This document shows, piece by piece, positions 20,929-28,911 of a stretch of 64,000 bases of DNA. The position numbers were made by a program, and so were the translations under genes. Within the stretch, counting starts at the first letter, position 1; each line of letters opens with the position of its first letter. Source of the DNA: Phycisphaerales bacterium (lineage in GTDB: Bacteria; Planctomycetota; Phycisphaerae; Phycisphaerales; SM1A02); assembly GCA_029245245.1 (NCBI GenBank), contig JAQWPT010000038.1, positions 33,052 to 97,051 on the forward strand, in the 5' to 3' direction. The notes below the pieces were generated by a model, which was given only the letters and a program-made list of their open reading frames with translations, searched no databases and was not told where the DNA came from.

Positions 20929-23406
20929 CTAGGGAACGTCGATCACCTGGACCCGGTCGTTGCCCGAATCGAGGATGTAGGCCGATCGGCCATCATGGTC
21001 GATGGACCAGGGTGCGTTCAACTCGGTGGGGCCGTACCCATGGGAACCCCAGGCGCCGAGCCACCGGCCCTGAGCATCGAATTGCTGGACCCGCGAGGAG
21101 CCGAACTCGCTCACCAGCAGCGTGCCGTCATCGAGGAGGGCCAGGTCGTATGGATAGTGCAGCGAACCCGGGGTCCGACCCGCCTCGCCGATGATCCGGA
21201 TGACCTCTCCCTCGGGCGTGAGCACCTGGATGCGGTGATTGCAGGAATCGGCCACGTAGAGGTGCGTGCCGTCGGGGCTGAGGACCATCGCCTGGGGTCG
21301 ATTGAACTCTCCGGGCTCCTCGCCGAATCGTCCCAGGACCGACCGGAGCTCACCGCCTGGTTCGAAGACCTGAATGCGGTCGTTCCCCCCGTACTCGGAG
21401 ACGTAGATCGCCCCATCGGGTCCGAACGCGACGTCGGTAGGGTATGTGAAGGCTCCCGGTTCCTGCCCGAAGGTGCCGAACCGTGCGACCTCTTCGCCCT
21501 CGGGCGTGAACTCGATCACCCGGAACTCGTGCGTATCGGCGACGAACACGTTGCCACCGGGCCCCACTGCCAGGCCGGTGGGCTTGCCGTTCTCGAAGGC
21601 CGGCATCGTCCAGGACCGCAGCCAGGTGCCCTCGCGATCGAAGGCCTGGATGCGTGCGGTCTTGTCGACGACGTAGACGATGCCCCGCTCCCGATCGACC
21701 GCCAGGGCACGCGGGTAGACGAACTGACCGGGACCTCGCCCGGGCCGACCAAAGCTCCGCTCAATCTCCAGCGTGTCGGCACCCGGGGAATCGTCGCCGG
21801 AGCCGCAGCCCGGTGGGAACAGCACCAGGCTCAGCAGAAGGATCGGGACGATGGTGGTCCGCAGTCGACGGTGCCACATCCCCACCACGCAGCCGGTGAC
21901 GACCGCGGCGATGAGCCCGACCACCAGCAGGGCCGCAAGCGTCATGACCACGGTGTCCGGTCGCTGGTAGTGCATGGCGTTGAGCAGGCTGACGGCCAGT
22001 GGAGGTTCGGCCGCCGGTGGCGCCACCATGGCCGCCAGCGGGATGTCCCCGAGCGCAAGGGCGGCGCACATCGAGACGGTCGCAACCGATGCGATGACCA
22101 GCCGTGGTCGCTGTGCCTCCAGCAGCGAACGCCCACCTCCGGACTCCAGTCGACGGGCCGACCGCAGGACCTCCGGTTCCGAGCGGACAACCCAGCGTGC
22201 GAGCAGGACCGGCACGATTGCGGTGCGTGCCGAGAGGGCCAGCAGCAGGCCGAGCCCCGTAGCGTGCACGGTGCTGCGAACCGCCGGTGCGTCGGAACGG
22301 TTCCAGGCTGCTTCGAACGCCTGGCCCAGCATCGTTCCCGGAATGAATGCGCACACGATCCAGCCGATGGACAGGATCGTCGCGGTCCATCGCATCCAGG
22401 ACGCATCCTCGGACCAGAGACGCACCAACAGCCACAACGGCACCAGGGCAATGCCGCCCACCAGTATCGATCGGCCCAGTGCCATGAGCAGGCTGTCGCC
22501 GTAGAGTTGCAGGTAGGCCGACCAGTCCAGGACACCAGCCTGCAGCCACTGCAGCAGTGACGGCAGCAGGTAGGAGATGCACCAGAGCAGACCGAATGCG
22601 AACCAGGCCACCGGGCGGACCCGGGCCGGTGCACGCTGCAGTTCGGACTCCGGCAGGCGCAGGCACCACCACAACGCGATCGAGACGATGCAGGCCAGTC
22701 CCCACGCCGGCCATGCCAGCGGCAGCAGGTCCATGGGTGCGGCGCCCAGCGCCGCCATCGCCCGCAGTTCGTTGGAAACCGTGTAGATCCCCGCCAGGTC
22801 GAAACAAGTCGTGTTCGCGAACACGAGCATCCAGACCAGCATGAATCCCAGGAGCAGGCCGCCGGCATCGTGCCGAAGTCGCTGGCCGAGACGTTGAAGC
22901 ATCGATGCACCATCGATGGCCAGTTGATCCGTTCGCTGTGACGACCAGGTCGAGGCCATCGGAACCGTGCAGAGACAGGCGATCGGCCATGACCAGGCGA
23001 TGAGCGCCAGGGCCAGCGTGAACCACCGCGCCGTTGACAATCCACCAACGGAGACCAGCCACGCGTGCAGGGCGGAGTCCGCCGGCCACATCTGCCACCA
23101 GGCCGAGAAGACGGCGTACCCCGGGAGCACGATCGGCAGCAGTATCAGGATCAGCAGCACCGCACCGCGACCGCACCGGGTGCGTGCCGCCAGCAGCCGT
23201 GCCGGACCCCAGCCCAGCAGTGTCGACGCCAGGGCGATGCCCGTGCACCAGACCACGGTCGTCAGCCAGAGTCGACCCGGCGACTGCATGCTGGTGTCGG
23301 CGTACGACGTCGCCTCTCCTCCCTGGAGCAGGAAGGCCGTCACCGGCCAGGCCACGGTGACACAGAAAGCCAGTACCGCCAGGGTCCAGGCCACGAATCG
23401 GATCAT
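20929..23406 (-). CDS. two-module iron(III)-type ABC permease fused in frame to a six-bladed NHL-repeat domain
   Basis: The first roughly 510 aa contain at least 12 hydrophobic helices (FbpB-like double permease). From the internal ATG at 21879 (MWHRRLRTTIVPILLLSLVLFPPGC, lipoprotein-signal-like) there are six NHL-type blades (GQFVYPRALAVD, GKPTGLAVG, GAFTYPTDVAFG, GEFNRPQAMVLS, GSLHYPYDLALL, TELNAPWSIDHD). No stop lies between the two parts. Confidence 0.75.
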   Translation of the reverse strand: MIRFVAWTLAVLAFCVTVAWPVTAFLLQGGEATSYADTSMQSPGRLWLTTVVWCTGIALASTLLGWGPARLLAARTRCGRGAVLLILILLPIVLPGYAVFSAWWQMWPADSALHAWLVSVGGLSTARWFTLALALIAWSWPIACLCTVPMASTWSSQRTDQLAIDGASMLQRLGQRLRHDAGGLLLGFMLVWMLVFANTTCFDLAGIYTVSNELRAMAALGAAPMDLLPLAWPAWGLACIVSIALWWCLRLPESELQRAPARVRPVAWFAFGLLWCISYLLPSLLQWLQAGVLDWSAYLQLYGDSLLMALGRSILVGGIALVPLWLLVRLWSEDASWMRWTATILSIGWIVCAFIPGTMLGQAFEAAWNRSDAPAVRSTVHATGLGLLLALSARTAIVPVLLARWVVRSEPEVLRSARRLESGGGRSLLEAQRPRLVIASVATVSMCAALALGDIPLAAMVAPPAAEPPLAVSLLNAMHYQRPDTVVMTLAALLVVGLIAAVVTGCVVGMWHRRLRTTIVPILLLSLVLFPPGCGSGDDSPGADTLEIERSFGRPGRGPGQFVYPRALAVDRERGIVYVVDKTARIQAFDREGTWLRSWTMPAFENGKPTGLAVGPGGNVFVADTHEFRVIEFTPEGEEVARFGTFGQEPGAFTYPTDVAFGPDGAIYVSEYGGNDRIQVFEPGGELRSVLGRFGEEPGEFNRPQAMVLSPDGTHLYVADSCNHRIQVLTPEGEVIRIIGEAGRTPGSLHYPYDLALLDDGTLLVSEFGSSRVQQFDAQGRWLGAWGSHGYGPTELNAPWSIDHDGRSAYILDSGNDRVQVIDVP

Positions 23407-24464
23407 GGCTGTGCACCCGCGTCGCGCAGCCTCTCGACCGTGCGCCGGATCACCGCCGGCGATCGGCGAGCCGCATCCTGCAGATCGACGTCAAGCGGAT
23501 CCATGACGACCAGTTCGGGAAACTCGTCCGCCACGGTCGGTTGCAATGGAATGTTTCCCGAGACCGAGGTCGCCAGCATGCGGGCCGTGTCATCGGACAG
23601 AAGAAAGGCCAGCAGCCGGGCCGCCTCCTCCGGATGCGGCGCCCCTTCCACGATGGCGACCGTGTTGGGCATCAGAAACGTTCCGCCCCCGGGGCGATCG
23701 ACATCATGTCGAGGAAAGAGCATGTCCACCTCGATGCCTCGAGCCTGCGCCGCACGCACGTCGTCGGCATCCGTGAACCCGATGTCGGCTTCACCACCGG
23801 CGACGGCATCGACCACCGCGGCATTGCCGCCGGGCAGCACACGGGCCCTGCTGGCGTGCAGTCCTTCGAGAAACGCTTGGAAACGATCCGGTTCACCTGC
23901 AGTCGTCCAGGCCGACTCCATCGCAGCCAGGTGCCCGCCCGTGGTGCCGAAACGCGGGTCCGCCATGACCAGTCGATCGGCGAACCGGCCATCGACCGCG
24001 TCCTCCCACGTGTCGGGCCGATCTCCCTCGTCCAGTCGATGCGGGTCGTAGACGATCACCCGGGGACGAGGAGAGAACGCGAACCACCGTCCACCTTCGT
24101 CACGGTGACTGCGAGGCCACGCCACACCGTCATACTCGGCAAGCACCCCTTCACCGGCAAGGCCGATGGTCTGCATCGCTTCCGAAGACCAGAAGACGTC
24201 GGCGATGGGCGCGTCGTGCTCGGCACGAAGCCGCTGCACGAGACCGGTGGTCTTGCTTGCTTCCGAATCACCGATCAGGTGCACCTCGATGCCGCTGCGC
24301 GCCTCGAACTCGTCGAGCACCGTGCGGGCGACCTGCTCATCCACCGAAACGTAGACCACGATCCGGCTCGCCGGAAGACCAGTGCCTTCATCGCAGCCGA
24401 CAGGCATCACCATCAGCATGGCTGCAAAAAGCGACCATCGAATGCCATGACCGATCTTCGTCAT
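23403..24464 (-). CDS. ABC transporter substrate-binding lipoprotein (Fe3+/FbpA-like)
   Basis: Lipoprotein signal ...MLMVMPVGC. Type II periplasmic binding-protein length and pattern. ATGA overlaps with both neighbours. Confidence 0.75.
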   Translation of the reverse strand: MTKIGHGIRWSLFAAMLMVMPVGCDEGTGLPASRIVVYVSVDEQVARTVLDEFEARSGIEVHLIGDSEASKTTGLVQRLRAEHDAPIADVFWSSEAMQTIGLAGEGVLAEYDGVAWPRSHRDEGGRWFAFSPRPRVIVYDPHRLDEGDRPDTWEDAVDGRFADRLVMADPRFGTTGGHLAAMESAWTTAGEPDRFQAFLEGLHASRARVLPGGNAAVVDAVAGGEADIGFTDADDVRAAQARGIEVDMLFPRHDVDRPGGGTFLMPNTVAIVEGAPHPEEAARLLAFLLSDDTARMLATSVSGNIPLQPTVADEFPELVVMDPLDVDLQDAARRSPAVIRRTVERLRDAGAQP

Positions 24465-26218
24465 TCCCCCGACCCGGATTCCTCGGCTGGCGGTTCCGGT
24501 TCGGGTTCGGGTTCAGGTTCGGGAGCAGGCTCCGGCTCGTCACCACTGTCGCCCTGCTCCGGCGTGTCCTGCGCCTGTCCGGCATCGAACTCGACCGCCT
24601 CCGTGACCTCACCGGCATCACCGAAGTAGTGCTTGATCAGTTCGTGGTACTTCCGGGGCAGGCGATCATCGTTGAACGCATCATCGAATCCCTCCTGGGA
24701 CCGGGAGATGATGTCCTGGAAGGTGGCGACCGATTCCCCGGTGCGCAGCATGCCGTCGACCTGCTGTTCACCAGCGATGGGCCCACCCGCTGCACTCGTG
24801 TTCGCCTGGGCCGACTCGGTGGCCGTCTCGGTCTCCGCAACCTGCTGCTCACTGCCACGACTGCGAGGACCAGGCATGCTGCCGGGCTTGTTCCCCAGCG
24901 ACTGGCCCAGTGACTGGCACTGGCCACGGCACTGCTTGGAGGTCTGCTTCGCCTGCTGGAGCATCTGCTTGAGCTGTTCCATCTTCGAGAGTTGGCGGCC
25001 GAGTTTCTCTCCCGCCCCGGATGCGGACCCATCCTTGCAGTTCTTGCACATCTCCTTGGAGGCCTCAGACAGCTTGCGAAGCTCTCCTTCCGTGAGTTCC
25101 TGTGACTCGACCAGTTCCATGAGTTGCTGCTTCTGCTGCTCCGATAGCTGGTCCGCCTGGTCCATCGCCTGCTGGAGCGCCTGACCGTCATTGGCCAGTT
25201 GCGGATCGAGGCCGGCCTGCTTCAGTGCCTCCTTGAGGGCGCTGGTATCGGAAGCGAGCTTCTCCAGTTGATCCGTCAACGATTCCAGTTCCTCTGCAAG
25301 TTCGTCACGCTGGGATTCCGACATGTCTCCGGAGGCCAGTTCCTTCTGCAGCGACTCCATGGCCTCGGCGGCCTTGGCGAAGTCGCCCCTGGAGAGCGCC
25401 TTGATCATCTCCGACGCGGGACCATCCTCGGGAACATCCAGTTTCTCCAGCGCCGTTCTCAATGATTCCATCGACTGGGCGACTTCGCCCGAGGTCAACT
25501 CCTCCAGTCGCCGCTGCAGTTCGGTCATGCGCTTGAGTGCTTCCAACTGCTGCTGCTCTGGTGTCTGGCCGGTCTCCATCGCCTGCTCGGCCTCGAGTTC
25601 CTCGAGCATGTCGGACAACTGCTCCTTCAACTCTGGCTGGGTCTCGATGGAAGCCATGATCTGTTCCATGCCGTCGTTGGGCTGCGCCATGCCATCGACC
25701 GACTGCGGCCTGGTTTCGTCCTGCCCGGCCAGTACGTCGGCCTGCCCCATGAATCCCGTCAGAAACGCGGCGAGAACCAGTACCGGAATCACCCACCACG
25801 TCTCGGGCACCGTCACCCGCCAGGTCCGGCGCAGGTGTTCACCGGTCCGGGGATCGCTGGCCACGGCGATCCCGTCGGCCAGTGCCGCCTGCGAGACCGG
25901 ATCCACCCGGTCGCTGCAGTGCAGCGCCGTGGCGAGGCGATCCTCGAGGCCGAGTCGTTCATCGATTCCCGCCGCCAACGGCAGGTCACCGGGTCGGCAC
26001 GACCACCAGGCCAGCAGCATGTCCAGGATCGCAAAGAGCACGAAGGCTCCACCAAGCCACCACCAGTTGAAGAGGGGCGCCGCCGGGAGTCGATCGAAGA
26101 TCGTCAGAACCCATGCCACCGAGGCCAGCACGATGCCGACGGAGACTCCCCGTCGCAGGGCTGCGTTGAGCCGGCTGCGTCGTCTGGCCAAGGCTATCAA
26201 TCGGACAATCGCGTCCAT
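24461..26218 (-). CDS. hypothetical membrane-anchored acidic coiled-coil protein
   Basis: Three N-terminal hydrophobic helices, then a long E/Q/L-rich heptad-like region (..QQLEALKRMTELQRRLEEL..) and a C-terminal (EP)n tail. Composition looks coding; no family recognised. Confidence 0.6.
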   Translation of the reverse strand: MDAIVRLIALARRRSRLNAALRRGVSVGIVLASVAWVLTIFDRLPAAPLFNWWWLGGAFVLFAILDMLLAWWSCRPGDLPLAAGIDERLGLEDRLATALHCSDRVDPVSQAALADGIAVASDPRTGEHLRRTWRVTVPETWWVIPVLVLAAFLTGFMGQADVLAGQDETRPQSVDGMAQPNDGMEQIMASIETQPELKEQLSDMLEELEAEQAMETGQTPEQQQLEALKRMTELQRRLEELTSGEVAQSMESLRTALEKLDVPEDGPASEMIKALSRGDFAKAAEAMESLQKELASGDMSESQRDELAEELESLTDQLEKLASDTSALKEALKQAGLDPQLANDGQALQQAMDQADQLSEQQKQQLMELVESQELTEGELRKLSEASKEMCKNCKDGSASGAGEKLGRQLSKMEQLKQMLQQAKQTSKQCRGQCQSLGQSLGNKPGSMPGPRSRGSEQQVAETETATESAQANTSAAGGPIAGEQQVDGMLRTGESVATFQDIISRSQEGFDDAFNDDRLPRKYHELIKHYFGDAGEVTEAVEFDAGQAQDTPEQGDSGDEPEPAPEPEPEPEPEPPAEESGSGE

Positions 26219-26304
26219 CGGTTCACCATCAAGAGGAGGAGTGGAACGACACCTTCAGTGTATTCCACCTTGCCGGCCCCGATGTGAAAAAGGGCGGGGT
26301 AGCC

Positions 26305-26874
26305 TCATCCTTCCATCACCCTCGTGGCCCGGTTCGCCTTGAAACGCATCCAGAAGACCAATCCAAACGTCCCCACCCCCAGGGACACGAGGACGACCGC
26401 CAGCCCCCCACCGATGAGAATCGGCAGGAAGATGGCCGAGATCGGATCCGGACCGTAGGCGAAGGTGGAGCGGGCCCCGTCGTCCACTTCACCTTCGGGC
26501 AGCGTTCCCGACAGCGTCCAGGTGCCAACACGTGGCAGGACAACGTGCCCGACGCCGACGCCACGACGATCGCCCATCGAATAACTGATCGCAACTCCGT
26601 CGGTCAGCATCGGGCGCGACTCCTGTCCCTCGGACGTGAACTCGATGTCGAGCCTGTGGCTGCTCGGGGGGCTGCCGTCCGTCGATTCAGCGAAGATGAT
26701 CCACGTGCCGGGCTCCTCGACGAGGAACTCGACCGAACCGGGAAGTTCGACGCGTCCCAGGGCCACGGCGTTGATGGACATGAATGTGGCGAGCCCAGCG
26801 ACGATCGCTGCCCCCACCACGAGGACGAAGGCCAACACGTACCAGAATCGTGATGGCGGGTTTCCCTCAGGCAT
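26305..26874 (-). CDS. hypothetical two-TM membrane protein
   Basis: Trimmed to ATG 26874, which overlaps the upstream stop by 8 nt. TM helices at both ends around a roughly 120-aa Gly/Val-rich probable beta domain. Confidence 0.5.
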   Translation of the reverse strand: MPEGNPPSRFWYVLAFVLVVGAAIVAGLATFMSINAVALGRVELPGSVEFLVEEPGTWIIFAESTDGSPPSSHRLDIEFTSEGQESRPMLTDGVAISYSMGDRRGVGVGHVVLPRVGTWTLSGTLPEGEVDDGARSTFAYGPDPISAIFLPILIGGGLAVVLVSLGVGTFGLVFWMRFKANRATRVMEG

Positions 26875-27892
26875 CGGGGACGACGGACCTGAGCGCCTCG
26901 AGGACCGCAGCCTGCGCGGAGTCGAGGTTGCCGTCGTATCGCGCTCCGCTGGCGTGCACGTGCCCACCACCACCGAGCACTCGCCCCGCCGCGCTGACAT
27001 CGAAGAAGACGCCACCGGGCACTCGAGGCGGCTTGGATCGCAGGCTGATCTTGGTCGCCCCCGACTCCTCTTCGTACATCAGGATCGAGGTTTCGACCGT
27101 TGCGACCCGCAACGGCTCGTTGACCAGTCCTTCCAGTTCCTCCCGCCCGGTTCCGGCTTCATCGAAGTCGGCACCCGTCAGTCGCATGATGGCGCACCGG
27201 CCATCGAGTTCCCACTGGATCGAGGCCAGGGCCCGTCCAAGCAGGACCAGTTTGCCCGGCGAGGCATTCTGCTCCAATACACGGTGCAGTCGGATGCGAT
27301 CTACTCCCAGTTGCAGCAATTCCGACGCGACGGCGTAGCACCTCGCGTCCGCATTGGAATGCTGGAACCACCCGGTATCGGTGGCCAGGCCGGCGAAGAT
27401 GGCTTCGCCCACTCCGCCACGACTTCCGTCGATGGGACATCCCAGTTCAAGCAGCAGGTCACGGATCATCAGCGTGCAGGATGCCGCGGTGGTCTCGATC
27501 ACCCGCTCCGTAGCGATGTCATCGCCCACGGGATGGTGGTCGAGCCCGATGACCCGCCCCGCTTCCCGCTGCGTCTTGAGCCAGTTGGAGATCGGCCCCA
27601 CCTGGACCCACGAACCGGTATCGACGAGGACCACGAGGTCGGGGTCGCACGCAGGAGGGTCGTCCGAGATCGCCACCGGCGTGTCGCCGGCCAGTTCCAG
27701 CAGGGCACGCCCCACCGGTCCCACGAGATGGATATCAACACGCTTGGTCGGAGCAAGAGCCCGGTGCAGCGCCAATGCCGATCCGATCGCATCACCATCC
27801 GGTTTGCGGTGGGTCAGTACCACCAGGTGCGACGCGGCATGAATGCGCTGCGCCAAGCCTGCCATGGTCGAGGTGGATGTGTAGTCACTCAT
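26867..27892 (-). CDS. DHH/DHHA1 phosphoesterase (NrnA-like oligoribonuclease/pAp phosphatase)
   Basis: Motifs HRKPDGDAIGSALAL, VLVDTG, GLDHHPVG (DHH) and GGGHVHASGA (DHHA1). Confidence 0.8.
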   Translation of the reverse strand: MSDYTSTSTMAGLAQRIHAASHLVVLTHRKPDGDAIGSALALHRALAPTKRVDIHLVGPVGRALLELAGDTPVAISDDPPACDPDLVVLVDTGSWVQVGPISNWLKTQREAGRVIGLDHHPVGDDIATERVIETTAASCTLMIRDLLLELGCPIDGSRGGVGEAIFAGLATDTGWFQHSNADARCYAVASELLQLGVDRIRLHRVLEQNASPGKLVLLGRALASIQWELDGRCAIMRLTGADFDEAGTGREELEGLVNEPLRVATVETSILMYEEESGATKISLRSKPPRVPGGVFFDVSAAGRVLGGGGHVHASGARYDGNLDSAQAAVLEALRSVVPDA

Positions 27893-27902
27893 GGGGAGGA
27901 CT

Positions 27903-28820
27903 CTACTCCCCCTGCGGCTGGAGATCCACGCGGCGACGTGTTTCCTCGAGATCCTGCTGCAACTGTTCACGCAGTGGCTCGATCCCGTCGTAGGCCACCT
28001 GCCCCCGCAGCCAGTGCTGGAAGTGGACGGTCATCGTCCATCCATAGTCGTCGACGGGCCCCACGTGATCGACGAGGTGGACCTCACAGACCCGCGGTGT
28101 CTCCTTGAACGTCGGCTTCGTGCCGACGCTGATGGCTGCTCGCCGGATGCATCCATCTGGAGCACATGCCGTTCCGGCGTAGATACCGTCCGCCGGCAGC
28201 AGCATGTCCCCATGATCAAGATTCGCAGTGGGCATGCCCAGTTCACGTCCCCGCCGGTCCCCGGACACCACCGGCCCCTGCAGGGTGTAGGAACGACCGA
28301 GCATGCAGGCTGCGTCTTCACATCCCCCGTCGATCAGGCGCTGCCGGATGGTACGACTGTGCACCGGGACGCTCTCTGCCCCCCGAGGCACGTGTACCTC
28401 CGGAACTTCAACGACCTCGAACCCGTGTTGGTCTCCAAGAGCACGGAGCAGGTCGAGGTCACCCACTCGATCACGACCGAATCGAAAATCCGATCCTTCG
28501 ACGATCCAGGACGGGCGGTGCGCCGACACCAGTTCGCCGATGAACGACTCCGGGGTGCGTGACAGGAACTCGGCGGTGGGTTCGACGAACAGCACCTCGT
28601 CGCACCCGGCCTCCAGGAGCCATGCCCTGCGCTGCTCCCGGGTGCTGAGTCGGGGCGGCTCCGTACCGGGTCGCAGGACCGCGGCCGGATGTGGATCCAG
28701 CGCCAGAACCACGACTCGACCATCTGCTCCTGCCGCAGTCCGCGCGGCAGTCACGAGTGCGCGGTGCCCAAGGTGCACCCCATCGAAATTGCCAATCATC
28801 ATTGAAACGTGGCCGTCCAT
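27903..28820 (-). CDS. ribF: bifunctional riboflavin kinase / FAD synthetase
   Basis: Trimmed to ATG 28820 (MDGHVSMMIGNFDGVHLGHRALV). The C-terminal kinase part contains GMPTANL and ...FKETPRVCEVHLV. Confidence 0.9.
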   Translation of the reverse strand: MDGHVSMMIGNFDGVHLGHRALVTAARTAAGADGRVVVLALDPHPAAVLRPGTEPPRLSTREQRRAWLLEAGCDEVLFVEPTAEFLSRTPESFIGELVSAHRPSWIVEGSDFRFGRDRVGDLDLLRALGDQHGFEVVEVPEVHVPRGAESVPVHSRTIRQRLIDGGCEDAACMLGRSYTLQGPVVSGDRRGRELGMPTANLDHGDMLLPADGIYAGTACAPDGCIRRAAISVGTKPTFKETPRVCEVHLVDHVGPVDDYGWTMTVHFQHWLRGQVAYDGIEPLREQLQQDLEETRRRVDLQPQGE

Positions 28821-28911
28821 GGCCCTGAAAATACGGGTTGTGGGGCGACTCGCCAAGTTCCTTGCATCTTTGGCTTGATCCGCCCCTCCCAACCCGGTAC
28901 TCATACCCCAG

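Noticed and set aside
24478-24535. Imperfect 6-nt GGTTCG-type repeat and the 12-nt repeat at 10397-10432, considered as possible regulatory or phase-variable tracts
   Set aside because: Both lie in frame within C-terminal tails, encoding (EP)n and (AEPD)3. This is typical of low-complexity acidic linkers, and there is no evidence of a switching function.
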